A stretch of 20,762 nucleotides of DNA from a virus. Its lineage: Duplodnaviria > Heunggongvirae > Uroviricota > Caudoviricetes. A model generated the notes under the pieces. That model saw only the letters and a list, made by a program, of their open reading frames with translations, was not told the origin of the DNA and did not search any database. The DNA is taken from IMG/VR virus record IMGVR_UViG_2671180828_000006; one strand, given 5' to 3'. Both the position numbers and the translations under genes were made by a program. Positions 1 through 9,275 of the stretch are shown here, in pieces. The stretch's first letter is position 1; each line of letters begins with the position of its first letter.

Positions 1-217
1 TAATGCGGGCAGTTGCCCGGCATCCAACGCCATTCATGGCCATATCAATGATTTTCTGGTGCGTACCGGGTTGAGAAGCGGTGTAAGTGAACTGCAGTTG
101 CCATGTTTTACGGCAGCGAGAGCAGAGATAGCGCTGATGTCCGGCGGTGCTTTTGCCGTTACGCACCCCCCCGTCAGTAGCTGAACAGGAGGGACAGCTG
201 ATAGAAACAGAAGCCAC
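1..217 (-). CDS. insA: IS1 InsA, 5' portion only (GTG start at 215-217, runs off the window edge)
   Basis: Minus-strand translation from the GTG gives [32 protein letters not shown]...; absent from the ORF track because it has no in-window stop. Confidence 0.7.
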   Translation of the reverse strand, partial: MASVSISCPSCSATDGGVRNGKSTAGHQRYLCSRCRKTWQLQFTYTASQPGTHQKIIDMAMNGVGCRATARI

Positions 218-272
218 TGGAGCACCTCAAAAACACCATCATACACTAAATCAGTAAGTTGGCAGCATCACC
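1..272 (-). mobile_element. IS1 insertion sequence, partial (window begins inside the element); terminal inverted repeat ends at ~272
   Basis: The + strand at 250-272 is the reverse complement of the IS1 terminal repeat GGTGATGCTGCCAACTTACTGAT. Upstream sequence on the minus strand encodes the InsA N-terminus ([16 protein letters not shown]...). Recognised from recall of the IS1 sequence. Confidence 0.85.
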
Positions 273-410
273 GCTCACCCCAGTCACTTACTTATGTAAG
301 CTCCTGGGGATTCACTCGCTTGTCGCCTTCCTGCAACTCGAATTATTTAGAGTATATCCATTTATTATCTTTCTGCGCACTTCACGGTGCGCAGATATCT
401 GGAGCATTTG

Positions 411-2672
411 ATGATCAAGTTATCTGAAAAAGGCGTGTTTCTCGCCAGTAATAACGAAATAATTGCCGAAGAACATTTCACCGGCGAAATTAAAAAAGAA
501 GAAGCCAAAAAAGGCACTATTGCCTGGTCTATTCTCTCTTCGCATAATACGTCCGGAAATATGGATAAACTTAAAATTAAGTTTGATTCATTAGCCTCTC
601 ACGATATTACCTTTGTTGGTATTGTACAGACCGCTAAAGCGTCCGGTATGGAACGTTTCCCGCTGCCGTATGTGCTGACCAACTGCCATAACTCACTCTG
701 CGCCGTCGGCGGCACTATTAACGGTGATGACCATGTTTTTGGTTTATCGGCGGCCCAGCGTTATGGCGGTATTTTTGTGCCTCCGCATATTGCGGTCATC
801 CATCAATATATGCGTGAGATGATGGCAGGCGGCGGCAAAATGATCCTCGGGTCAGACAGCCACACCCGTTACGGTGCATTAGGGACAATGGCAGTCGGTG
901 AGGGCGGCGGTGAGTTGGTAAAACAGCTGCTTAATGACACCTGGGATATCGACTATCCGGGCGTGGTTGCGGTGCATCTGACCGGAAAACCTGCGCCGTA
1001 TGTGGGGCCACAGGATGTGGCGCTGGCTATCATTGGCGCGGTGTTCAAAAACGGTTACGTCAAAAACAAAGTCATGGAGTTCGTTGGACCGGGCGTTAGC
1101 GCGCTCTCTACCGATTTCCGTAACAGCGTTGACGTGATGACCACTGAAACGACCTGTTTAAGTTCTGTCTGGCAAACCGATGAAGAAGTCCATAACTGGC
1201 TGGCGCTGCACGGTCGCGGCCAGGATTACTGCCAGCTTAACCCTCAACCGATGGCGTACTACGATGGCTGCATCAGCGTTGATTTAAGCGCCATCAAACC
1301 AATGATTGCGCTGCCGTTCCACCCGAGCAACGTGTATGAAATCGACACACTGAACCAGAACCTGACCGACATTCTGCGTGAGATTGAAATTGAGTCCGAA
1401 CGCGTGGCGCACGGTAAAGCCAAACTCTCGCTGCTGGATAAAGTGGAAAATGGTCGCCTGAAAGTGCAGCAGGGGATTATCGCGGGCTGTTCTGGCGGTA
1501 ACTACGAAAACGTCATCGCGGCGGCGAATGCACTGCGCGGTCAATCCTGTGGCAATGACACCTTCTCGCTGGCAGTTTACCCGTCATCACAGCCGGTGTT
1601 TATGGATCTCGCCAAAAAAGGTGTGGTAGCAGATTTGATTGGCGCAGGCGCAATCATCAGAACCGCGTTCTGCGGCCCATGCTTTGGCGCGGGCGATACG
1701 CCAATCAACAACGGTTTGAGTATTCGCCACACCACGCGTAACTTCCCGAACCGCGAAGGCTCTAAGCCAGCTAATGGGCAGATGTCAGCGGTGGCGTTGA
1801 TGGACGCTCGTTCTATCGCTGCGACTGCGGCAAACGGTGGCTATTTAACCTCTGCCAGCGAACTTGATTGCTGGGACAACGTGCCGGAGTACGCCTTCGA
1901 TGTAACGCCGTATAAAAACCGTGTTTATCAGGGCTTTGTGAAAGGGGCAACTCAGCAACCGCTGATTTACGGGCCGAACATTAAAGACTGGCCGGAATTG
2001 GGTGCGCTGACTGACAATATCGTCCTGAAAGTGTGCTCGAAGATCCTCGACGAAGTGACCACCACCGACGAACTGATTCCTTCCGGTGAAACCTCTTCTT
2101 ATCGTTCAAATCCGATTGGTCTGGCGGAGTTTACCCTGTCTCGCCGCGATCCCGGTTATGTTAGCAGAAGTAAAGCGACTGCTGAGCTGGAAAATCAGCG
2201 TCTGGCGGGGAATGTCAGCGAGCTGACAGAGGTGTTTGCGCGCATTAAGCAGATTGCTGGTCAGGAGCATATTGATCCGCTGCAAACTGAAATTGGCAGC
2301 ATGGTCTATGCGGTGAAACCAGGCGATGGTTCTGCGCGTGAACAGGCGGCGAGCTGCCAGCGTGTGATTGTCGGTCTGGCGAATATTGCCGAGGAGTACG
2401 CGACTAAACGCTATCGTTCTAACGTCATCAACTGGGGGATGTTACCGCTGCAAATGGCGGAAGTACCAACCTTTGAAGTGGGGGATTACATTTACATCCC
2501 TGGCATTAAAGCGGCGCTGGATAATCCGGGTACGACGTTTAAAGGTTATGTGATCCATGAAGATGCGCCGGTAACGGAAATTACGCTCTATATGGAAAGT
2601 CTGACTGCTGAAGAGCGCGAGATTATCAAGGCGGGTAGTTTGATTAACTTCAATAAAAACCGTCAGATGTAA
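411..2672 (+). CDS. ybhJ: Aconitase-family protein YbhJ (753 aa from the ATG at 411; the track ORF begins at an upstream GTG at 387)
   Basis: Track ORF 387..2672; GGAG Shine-Dalgarno about 7 nt before the ATG at 411 (MIKLSEKG...); aconitase-like sequence; chromosomal context next to ybhC and the lambda attachment site. Confidence 0.85.
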   Translation: MIKLSEKGVFLASNNEIIAEEHFTGEIKKEEAKKGTIAWSILSSHNTSGNMDKLKIKFDSLASHDITFVGIVQTAKASGMERFPLPYVLTNCHNSLCAVGGTINGDDHVFGLSAAQRYGGIFVPPHIAVIHQYMREMMAGGGKMILGSDSHTRYGALGTMAVGEGGGELVKQLLNDTWDIDYPGVVAVHLTGKPAPYVGPQDVALAIIGAVFKNGYVKNKVMEFVGPGVSALSTDFRNSVDVMTTETTCLSSVWQTDEEVHNWLALHGRGQDYCQLNPQPMAYYDGCISVDLSAIKPMIALPFHPSNVYEIDTLNQNLTDILREIEIESERVAHGKAKLSLLDKVENGRLKVQQGIIAGCSGGNYENVIAAANALRGQSCGNDTFSLAVYPSSQPVFMDLAKKGVVADLIGAGAIIRTAFCGPCFGAGDTPINNGLSIRHTTRNFPNREGSKPANGQMSAVALMDARSIAATAANGGYLTSASELDCWDNVPEYAFDVTPYKNRVYQGFVKGATQQPLIYGPNIKDWPELGALTDNIVLKVCSKILDEVTTTDELIPSGETSSYRSNPIGLAEFTLSRRDPGYVSRSKATAELENQRLAGNVSELTEVFARIKQIAGQEHIDPLQTEIGSMVYAVKPGDGSAREQAASCQRVIVGLANIAEEYATKRYRSNVINWGMLPLQMAEVPTFEVGDYIYIPGIKAALDNPGTTFKGYVIHEDAPVTEITLYMESLTAEEREIIKAGSLINFNKNRQM

Positions 2673-2679
2673 AAAGCGC

Positions 2680-2895
<216 letters not shown>

Positions 2896-2905
2896 TTAAT
2901 TGCTC

Positions 2906-4189
2906 TTACTTCTTCGCCTCTGCAACCACTTTACTACCCACGCCGCGGTTATTGTATTCCCACATGCGGTTGTAGTTAGTGTCATTCAGATTGCGCTGTA
3001 TTTCGTCGTTATCATCTACGCTGCCGGTATTACCCGCAAACGGACGATTAGAGATCACCGCATCGGCCCACGGTTTAGCCGTGTTAAAACCTTCGTTGAT
3101 GGCGCTATCACGGATCACCACCTGACCGTTGGTATTGGCATCAACATCCAGCGAGCGGCCCAGTTGCGCCACACCATCACCGAAAGCATTGAAACGGCTG
3201 TTTACGGCGAGGAAACCGTAGTAAATGTTGGACAGCGTAGCCGGTGCAAACACATACGCTTCTTGCTGAGTACGTGAGTTCACCACGCGGAATTCGGTGT
3301 TATCGAACACCACTGCGCCGCGACCAGAAACGATATCCACATCCCCTTCAATGTAGCTGTTGGTCACCAGCGTACGCGGCTGACGATTTGTTTCCAGACG
3401 GTTCTGCACACCGCTGTTGGTGACAAAGAAGGTGTTCTGACGACCGAGAATGTTAACGTTGTTAATCTGTACCTGGTCACCATCAGTACGCAGTGCCACC
3501 GCCGGATGGTTACCTGCATCTACGCTATCGCCCAGCGTGTTTTCGATGGTCAGATTTTGCAGTTGCAGGCCATTGTTTTGTGACCAGAAGACCGCAGAGC
3601 AGAGAACACCGATACTGTCGCTGCGTTTGCTCTGGCAGCTATCGTACATATACCACGCTGGTTTACCTGGCATATATTTGCCGCGCGGGTTGACGTCGTG
3701 ACGCCAGTCGGCAGGGCTCATGCCACCATCAAGGGAAAGCCCAATCTTCACATCAATCGGTTTTTCACCTGTACCGTACAGAGTAATTCCACCCGGAGCG
3801 GCAGGGACATATACCGTTCCCTGATACTCACCAGGCATCACGGCAATATACTGGCGCTTGTTGGTACGCTTGATAATTGCCGCATCTACCGCCGCCTGAA
3901 TCGTGGTATGCGTTACACCTTGAGTGCCCGCCGGGCCGACAACAAAGTCAGGTTGCGCAGGCAGGGTAATCGGGGAAGGATTCCACGCTGCAGCACCTGG
4001 TGTCAGGGATGCAAAATAGTGTTGAGCATCGAAATTCTGCGCTTCTTTTGCCGACAGAATCGGGCGAGAAGAGGTACCAGGCGCGGTTTGATCAGAAGGA
4101 CGTTGATCGGGCGGGGTTGAGCTACAGGCGGTCAGCGTCACGCCAAAAGCCAATGCCAGCGCCAGACGGGAAACTGAAAATGTGTTCAC
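2906..4189 (-). CDS. ybhC: Pectinesterase-family outer-membrane lipoprotein YbhC
   Basis: 427-aa ORF with signal peptide and lipobox (LTAC); pectin-esterase-like sequence; known neighbour of the lambda attachment site. Confidence 0.85.
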   Translation of the reverse strand: MNTFSVSRLALALAFGVTLTACSSTPPDQRPSDQTAPGTSSRPILSAKEAQNFDAQHYFASLTPGAAAWNPSPITLPAQPDFVVGPAGTQGVTHTTIQAAVDAAIIKRTNKRQYIAVMPGEYQGTVYVPAAPGGITLYGTGEKPIDVKIGLSLDGGMSPADWRHDVNPRGKYMPGKPAWYMYDSCQSKRSDSIGVLCSAVFWSQNNGLQLQNLTIENTLGDSVDAGNHPAVALRTDGDQVQINNVNILGRQNTFFVTNSGVQNRLETNRQPRTLVTNSYIEGDVDIVSGRGAVVFDNTEFRVVNSRTQQEAYVFAPATLSNIYYGFLAVNSRFNAFGDGVAQLGRSLDVDANTNGQVVIRDSAINEGFNTAKPWADAVISNRPFAGNTGSVDDNDEIQRNLNDTNYNRMWEYNNRGVGSKVVAEAKK

Positions 4190-4230
4190 AGGTTGCTCCG
4201 GGCTATGAAATAGAAAAATGAATCCGTTGA

Positions 4231-4330
4231 AGCCTGCTTTTTTATACTAAGTTGGCATTATAAAAAAGCATTGCTTATCAATTTGTTGCAACGAACAGGT
4301 CACTATCAGTCAAAATAAAATCATTATTTG
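4231..4330. other. Prophage attL: bacterial attB left half, 15-bp core GCTTTTTTATACTAA (~4236-4250), phage attP P' arm
   Basis: Sequence '...tgaagcctgcttttttatactaa|gttggcattataaaaaagcattgcttatcaatttgttgcaacgaacaggtcactatcagtcaaaataaaatcattatttgatttcaa' matches the lambda core and P' arm from recall; int follows immediately. Confidence 0.85.
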
Positions 4331-5394
4331 ATTTCAATTTTGTCCCACTCCCTGCCTCTGTCATCACGATACTGTGATGCCATGGTGTCCGACTTATGCC
4401 CGAGAAGATGTTGAGCAAACTTATCGCTTATCTGCTTCTCATAGAGTCTTGCAGACAAACTGCGCAACTCGTGAAAGGTAGGCGGATCCCCTTCGAAGGA
4501 AAGACCTGATGCTTTTCGTGCGCGCATAAAATACCTTGATACTGTGCCGGATGAAAGCGGTTCACGACGAGTAGATGCAATTATGGTTTCTCCGCCAAGA
4601 ATCTCTTTGCATTTATCAAGTGTTTCCTTCATTGATATCCCGAGAGCATCAACATGCAATGTTGTTGGGATGGCAATTTTTACGCCTGTTTTGCTTTGCT
4701 CGACATAAAGATATCCATCTACGATATCAGACCACTTCATTTCGCATAAATCACCAACTCGTTGCCCGGTAACAACAGCCAGTTCCATTGCAAGTCTGAG
4801 CCAACATGGTGATGATTCTGCTGCTTGATAAATTTTCAGGTATTCGTCAGCCGTAAGTCTTGATCTCCTTACCTCTGATTTTGCTGCGCGAGTGGCAGCG
4901 ACAGGGTTTGTTGTTATATGGCCTTCAGCTATTGCCTCTCGGAATGCATCGCTCAGTGTTGATCTGATTAACTTGGCTGACGCCGCCTTGCCCTCGTCTA
5001 TGTATCCATTGAGCATTGCCGCAATTTCTTTTGTGGTGATGTCTTCAAGTGGAGCATCAGGCAGACCCCTCCTTATTGCTTTAATTTTGCTCATGTAATT
5101 TATGAGTGTCTTCTGCTTGATTCCTCTGCTGGCCAGGATTTTTTCGTAGCGATCAAGCCATGAATGTAACGTAACGGAATTATCACTGTTGATTCTCGCT
5201 GTCAGAGGCTTGTGTTTGTGTCCTGAAAATAACTCAATGTTGGCCTGTATGGCTTCAGTGATTGCGATTCGCCTGTCTCTGCCTAATCCAAACTCTTTAC
5301 CCGTCCTTGGGTCCCTGTAGCAGTAATATCCATTGTTTCTTATATAAAGGTTAGGGGGTAAATCCCGGCGCTCATGACTTCGCCTTCTTCCCAT
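4324..5394 (-). CDS. int: Lambda-type integrase (tyrosine recombinase), 356 aa
   Basis: MGRRRSHERRDLPPNLYIRNNGYYCYRDPRTGKEFGLGRDRR... matches lambda Int from recall; adjacent to attL. Confidence 0.95.
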   Translation of the reverse strand: MGRRRSHERRDLPPNLYIRNNGYYCYRDPRTGKEFGLGRDRRIAITEAIQANIELFSGHKHKPLTARINSDNSVTLHSWLDRYEKILASRGIKQKTLINYMSKIKAIRRGLPDAPLEDITTKEIAAMLNGYIDEGKAASAKLIRSTLSDAFREAIAEGHITTNPVAATRAAKSEVRRSRLTADEYLKIYQAAESSPCWLRLAMELAVVTGQRVGDLCEMKWSDIVDGYLYVEQSKTGVKIAIPTTLHVDALGISMKETLDKCKEILGGETIIASTRREPLSSGTVSRYFMRARKASGLSFEGDPPTFHELRSLSARLYEKQISDKFAQHLLGHKSDTMASQYRDDRGREWDKIEIK

Positions 5395-5590
5395 TTCTGA
5401 TCCTCTTCAAAAGGCTACCTGTTACTGGTCGATTTAAGTCAACCTTTACCGCTGATTCGTGGAACAGATACTCTCTTCCATCCTTAACCGGAGGAGGGAA
5501 TATCCTGCACTCGCGTACCCATCGACGAACTGTTTCAAGGCTTCTTGGGCGTCGCTGGCGTGCGTTCCACTCCTGAAGTGTCAAGTACAT
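5372..5590 (-). CDS. xis: Excisionase Xis, 72 aa, overlapping the start of int
   Basis: MYLTLQEWNARQRRPRSLETVRRWVRECRIFPPPVKDGREYLFHESAVKVDLNRPV... matches lambda Xis from recall. Confidence 0.95.
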   Translation of the reverse strand: MYLTLQEWNARQRRPRSLETVRRWVRECRIFPPPVKDGREYLFHESAVKVDLNRPVTGSLLKRIRNGKKAKS

Positions 5591-5615
5591 CGCAAAGTCT
5601 CCGCAATTACACGCA

Positions 5616-5640
5616 AGAAAAAACCGCCATCAGGCGGCTT
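5616..5640 (-). terminator. Intrinsic-terminator-like hairpin (CCGCC/GGCGG stem then U6 on the minus-strand RNA); the orf55-like stop codon lies in the loop
   Basis: + strand 'agaaaaaaccgccatcaggcggctt'; on the minus strand this is a GC stem followed by TTTTTT. Confidence 0.5.
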
Positions 5641-5797
5641 GGTGTTCTTTCAGTTCTTCAATTCGAATATTGGTTACGTCTGCATGTGCTATCTGCGCCC
5701 ACAGCATCCAGTGGTCATAGCAGTCGCTGATGTTCTCGGCTTCGATAACTCTGTTGAATGGTTCTCCATTCCATTCACCTGTGACTCGGAAGTGCAT
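5630..5797 (-). CDS. Small conserved lambdoid ORF (55 aa) upstream of xis, lambda orf55-like
   Basis: Hand translation: MHFRVTGEWNGEPFNRVIEAENISDCYDHWMLWAQIAHADVTNIRIEELKEHQAA; GGAG Shine-Dalgarno before the ATG; under 60 aa so not in the track. Confidence 0.5.
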   Translation of the reverse strand: MHFRVTGEWNGEPFNRVIEAENISDCYDHWMLWAQIAHADVTNIRIEELKEHQAA

Positions 5798-6039
5798 TTA
5801 TCATCTCCATAAAACAAAACCCGCCGTAGCGAGTTCAGATAAAAGAAATCCTCGTCAGTGCGAGGATGCTGTTCATTGCTGCTATACACTTTTTTGCTCT
5901 CAACGTAAGCGGTAGCCCATTCTGTTGGGTTGGTGCAGTTGCTTTTAGGAAATGCTATTTACCCCTTAAATGTCGGCTGAAAGAGCTAAAATCCATGCAA
6001 AAAATTTACGCAATTTTGTGTATTATTGTGCAGTAAGTA

Positions 6040-6642
6040 ATGAGCTATTTTCTGCGCAAAAAATGGATGGTAAATTTGTCCGGGTCAGGAAAAATTTTAT
6101 GGGCGCTAAACATGAAAAAAGATTCGTATCCTTATTTGATTTGCATGACAGTTTCAGGGCTGATCTTTATTTTCCTTTTCTTCTGGTGGCGGGCAGATAT
6201 CTACAGGGTCACGTTTCTTAATCAGAGTATATCCCACTATTACATTCTGTTTAGCATGGGAATAGCTTTTCTGTTATCTCTGTTTTGGGTTAAGAAGGGG
6301 ATAGTAAAACAAAGAGGCTGGAAGAGTCTGTCAGCATACCTTAAGGTTTATGCAGGGATGTGCATATTTGCTGGATTTTTTCTGATTATACCCCTTACGA
6401 CACTAACTTATTTTTTGCCTGGAGAGACATCGTCTTATGTTGCACCGTATCGGTATACTTCCGGTAGTTCAAAAAGTTGTTCTGGAGCTGAGGTGGATGA
6501 CCCCGATCTACATGAGAATATTCGCATTTGCTATCCGTATGGCAATTATGAGTACGATAATATTATCTATGTTGAAAAGAAAATTAATATATTAGGTGCG
6601 GTAGTGACATATGCACAGACCGCGCGTGATGATACTGAATGA
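6040..6642 (+). CDS. AT-rich accessory gene: predicted three-helix membrane protein with a ~80-aa C-terminal domain; start uncertain (ATG at 6040, 6067 or 6112)
   Basis: 200-aa track ORF; hydrophobic segments LICMTVSGLIFIFLFFWW, YYILFSMGIAFLLSLFWV, VYAGMCIFAGFFLIIPLTTLTYFL; opposite strand to the surrounding leftward operon; visibly AT-rich. Confidence 0.5.
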   Translation: MSYFLRKKWMVNLSGSGKILWALNMKKDSYPYLICMTVSGLIFIFLFFWWRADIYRVTFLNQSISHYYILFSMGIAFLLSLFWVKKGIVKQRGWKSLSAYLKVYAGMCIFAGFFLIIPLTTLTYFLPGETSSYVAPYRYTSGSSKSCSGAEVDDPDLHENIRICYPYGNYEYDNIIYVEKKINILGAVVTYAQTARDDTE

Positions 6643-6677
6643 TATAGTATATAGCGGGAAAGTTTTAGTTAATTTAT

Positions 6678-6711
6678 CGAGGTAATATAATTTACCTCGA
6701 CTCGTTTGTTC
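6678..6711 (+). terminator. Possible terminator hairpin downstream of the membrane-protein gene (cgaggtaa/ttacctcg stem)
   Basis: Inverted repeat 'cgaggtaatataatttacctcg' followed by a U-containing tract; weak U-run. Confidence 0.3.
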
Positions 6712-6852
6712 TGGTATTAATATTTCGCTTTACGACCGATTTTTATCTGATGATATCATGCGGTTTTCATATACTGACTTACTGTCTTTTCTCCGTTAGC
6801 GATTTTCTCCTGCTCAGCGATGATTTTATCTTTGGCTTCTAGTTAATTTCGC

Positions 6853-7074
6853 TCACTTCGAACCTCTCTGTTTACTGATAAGCTCCAGATCCTCCTGGCA
6901 ACTTGCACAAGTCCGACAACCCTGAACGACCAGGCGTCTTCGTTCATCTATCGGATCGCCACACTCACAACAATGAGTGGCAGATATAGCCTGGTGGTTC
7001 AGGCGGCGCATTTTTATTGCTGTGTTGCGCTGTAATTCTTCAATTTCTGATGCTGAATCAATGATGTCTGCCAT
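6853..7074 (-). CDS. TraR/DksA-family C4 zinc-finger protein, 73 aa (lambda Orf73-like)
   Basis: CxxC-(17)-CxxC motif (CCECGDPIDERRRLVVQGCRTCASC); size and position match the lambda TraR homologue from recall. Confidence 0.7.
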   Translation of the reverse strand: MADIIDSASEIEELQRNTAIKMRRLNHQAISATHCCECGDPIDERRRLVVQGCRTCASCQEDLELISKQRGSK

Positions 7075-7124
7075 CTTCCATTAATCCCTGAATTGTTGGT
7101 TAATACGCTTGAGGGTGAATGCGA

Positions 7125-7150
7125 ATAATAAAAAAGGAGCCTGTAGCTCC
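7125..7150 (-). terminator. Intrinsic-terminator-like hairpin on the minus strand between the orf61-like and TraR-like genes (tL-type)
   Basis: + strand 'aataataaaaaaggagcctgtagctcc': GGAGC/GCTCC stem, and on the minus-strand RNA it is followed by U6. Confidence 0.45.
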
Positions 7151-7172
7151 CTGATGATTTTGCTTTTCATGT

Positions 7173-7388
7173 TCATCGTTCCTTAAAGACGCCGTTTAAC
7201 ATGCCGATTGCCAGGCTTAAATGAGTCGGTGTGAATCCCATCAGCGTTACCGTTTCGCGGTGCTTCTTCAGTACGCTACGGCAAATGTCATCGACGTTTT
7301 TATCCGGAAACTGCTGTCTGGCTTTTTTGATTTCAGAATTAGCCTGACGGGCAATGCTGCGAAGGGCGTTTTCCTGCTGAGGTGTCAT
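7173..7388 (-). CDS. Small lambdoid early-left protein (71 aa from the internal ATG; lambda orf61-like)
   Basis: MTPQQENALRSIARQANSEIKKARQQFPDKNVDDICRSVLKKHRETVTLMGFTPTHLSLAIGMLNGVFKER; in the pL operon upstream of exo. Confidence 0.55.
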   Translation of the reverse strand: MTPQQENALRSIARQANSEIKKARQQFPDKNVDDICRSVLKKHRETVTLMGFTPTHLSLAIGMLNGVFKER

Positions 7389-7464
7389 TGAACAAGTCCC
7401 ATGTCGGCAAGCATAAGCACACAGAATATGAAGCCCGCTGCCAGAAAAATGCATTCCGTGGTTG

Positions 7465-7656
7465 TCATACCTGGTCTCTCTCATCTGCTTCTGCTTTCGC
7501 CACCATCATTTCCAGCTTTTGTGAAAGGGATGCGGCTAACGTATGAAATTCTTCGTCTGTTTCTACTGGTATTGGCACAAACCTGACTCCAATTTGAGCG
7601 AGGCTATGTGCCATCTCGATACTCGTTCTTAACTCAACGGGAGATGCTTTGTGCAT
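7465..7656 (-). CDS. Small lambdoid early-left protein, 63 aa (lambda orf63-like)
   Basis: Track [66 protein letters not shown]; size and position match lambda orf63. Confidence 0.6.
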   Translation of the reverse strand: MHKASPVELRTSIEMAHSLAQIGVRFVPIPVETDEEFHTLAASLSQKLEMMVAKAEADERDQV

Positions 7657-7817
7657 ACAGCTCCCCGTTTATTATTTATCTCCTCAGCCAGCCGCTGTGC
7701 TTTCAGGGGATTTCGGATAACAGAAAGGCCGGGAAATACCCAGCCTCGCTTCGTAACGGAGTAGACGAAAGTGATCGTGCCTACGCGGATATTATCGTGA
7801 GGATGTTTCATCGCCAT
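7629..7817 (-). CDS. Small lambdoid early-left protein, 60-62 aa (lambda orf60a-like), immediately upstream of exo
   Basis: Track [65 protein letters not shown]. Confidence 0.55.
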   Translation of the reverse strand: MAMKHPHDNIRVGTITFVYSVTKRGWVFPGLSVIRNPLKAQRLAEEINNKRGAVCTKHLPLS

Positions 7818-8488
7818 TGCTCCCCAAATACAAAACCAATTTCAGCCAGTGCCTCGTCCATTTTTTCGATGAACTCCGGCACCATCTCGTCAAAACTCGC
7901 TATATACTTTTCATTCCGCTCAATCACGACATAATGCAGGCCTTCACGCTTCATACGCGGGTCATAGTTGGCAAAGTACCAGGCATCTTTTCGCGTCACC
8001 CACATGCTGTACTGCACCTGGGCCATGTAAGCCGACTTTATGGCCTCGAAACCACCGAGCCGGAATTTCATGAAATCCCGGGAGGTAAACGGGCATTTCA
8101 GCTCAAGGCCATTGCCGTCACTGCATAAACCATCGGGAGAGCAGGCGGTGCGCATACTTTCGTCGCGATAGATGATCGGGGATTCAATAACATTTACGCC
8201 GGAAGTGAACTCAAACAGGGTTCTGGCGTCGTTCTCGTACTGTTTTCCCCAGGCCAGCGCTTTAGCGTTAACTTCCGGAGCCACACCGGTGCAAACCTCA
8301 GCCAGCAGGGTGTGGAAGTAGGACATTTTCATGTCAGGCCACTTCTTTCCTGATCGGGGCTTTGCTATCACGTTGTGAACTTCTGAAGCGGTGATGACGC
8401 CGAGCCGTAATTTGTGCCATGCATCATCCCCCTGTTCGACAGCTCTCACGTCGATCCCGGTACGCTGCAGGATAATGTCCGGTGTCAT
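7808..8488 (-). CDS. exo: Lambda exonuclease (Red-alpha), 226 aa
   Basis: [65 protein letters not shown]... near-identical to lambda Exo from recall. Confidence 0.95.
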   Translation of the reverse strand: MTPDIILQRTGIDVRAVEQGDDAWHKLRLGVITASEVHNVIAKPRSGKKWPDMKMSYFHTLLAEVCTGVAPEVNAKALAWGKQYENDARTLFEFTSGVNVIESPIIYRDESMRTACSPDGLCSDGNGLELKCPFTSRDFMKFRLGGFEAIKSAYMAQVQYSMWVTRKDAWYFANYDPRMKREGLHYVVIERNEKYIASFDEMVPEFIEKMDEALAEIGFVFGEQWR

Positions 8489-9270
8489 GCTGCCACCTTC
8501 TGCTCAGTGGCTTTCTGTTTCAGGAATCCAAGAGCTTTCACTGCTTCGGCCTGTGTCAGTTCTGACGATGCGCGAATGTCGCGGCGAAATATCTGGGAAC
8601 AGAGCGGCAATAAGTCGTCATCCCATGTTTTATCCAGGGCGATCAGCAGAGTGTTAATCTCCTGCATGGTTTCATCGTTAACCGGAGTGATGTCGCGTTC
8701 CGGCTGACGTTCTGCAGTGTATGCAGTATTTTCGACAATGCGCTCGGCTTCATCCTTGTCATAGATACCAGCAAATCCGAAGGCCAGACGGGCACACTGA
8801 ATCATGGCTTTATGCCGTAACATCCGTTTGGGATGCGACTGCCACGGTCCGGTGATTTCTCTGCCTTCGCGGGTTTTGAATGGTTCGCGGCGGCATTCAT
8901 CCATCCACTCGGTAACGCAGATCGGATGATTGCGGTCTTTGCGGTAAATCCGGCATGTGCAGGATTCGTTGTCCTGTTCAAAGTCCATGCCGTCAAACTG
9001 CTGGTTTTCGTTGATGATGCGGGACCAGCCATCAACGCCCACCACCGGAACGATGCCGTTCTGCTTATCAGGGAAGGCGTAAATTTCTTTCGTCCACGGA
9101 TTAAGACCGTACTGGTTGGCGACGATCAGCAATGCGATGAACTGCGCATCGCTGGCATCACCTTTAAATGCCGTCTGGCGAAGAGTGGTGATCAGTTCCT
9201 GTGGGTCGACAGAATCCATGCCGACTCGTTCAGCCAGCTTCCCAGCCAGCGTTGCGAGTGCTGTACTCAT
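8485..9270 (-). CDS. bet: Recombination protein Bet (Red-beta), 261 aa
   Basis: [66 protein letters not shown]... matches lambda Bet. Confidence 0.95.
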   Translation of the reverse strand: MSTALATLAGKLAERVGMDSVDPQELITTLRQTAFKGDASDAQFIALLIVANQYGLNPWTKEIYAFPDKQNGIVPVVGVDGWSRIINENQQFDGMDFEQDNESCTCRIYRKDRNHPICVTEWMDECRREPFKTREGREITGPWQSHPKRMLRHKAMIQCARLAFGFAGIYDKDEAERIVENTAYTAERQPERDITPVNDETMQEINTLLIALDKTWDDDLLPLCSQIFRRDIRASSELTQAEAVKALGFLKQKATEQKVAA

Positions 9271-9275
9271 CCGTT

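Noticed and set aside
34-246. 70-aa minus-strand ORF at the start of the window
   Set aside because: It lies inside IS1 in a frame shifted relative to insA; an out-of-frame artefact, not a separate gene. The real coding frame is insA (GTG at ~217).
1284-1544. 86-aa antisense ORF inside ybhJ
   Set aside because: Embedded antisense in a conserved aconitase-family gene; no independent signals.
2900-4221. Several + strand ORFs (2900..3277, 3450..3701, 3493..3693, 3698..4120, 4000..4221) overlapping ybhC
   Set aside because: All are antisense or out of frame within the well-supported ybhC gene; arginine-rich low-complexity translations typical of antisense frames.
5459-5915. Overlapping ORFs around the xis/orf55-like region (5459..5812+, 5545..5730+, 5689..5889-, 5730..5915+)
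   Set aside because: They overlap xis and the orf55-like gene in other frames or strands; the conserved 55-aa minus-strand ORF with a Shine-Dalgarno and terminator explains the region better.
5970-6221. 83-aa + strand ORF overlapping the start of the membrane-protein ORF in another frame
   Set aside because: Alternative frame of the same AT-rich region; the 200-aa frame with three hydrophobic helices is more plausible. The true start of that gene remains uncertain.
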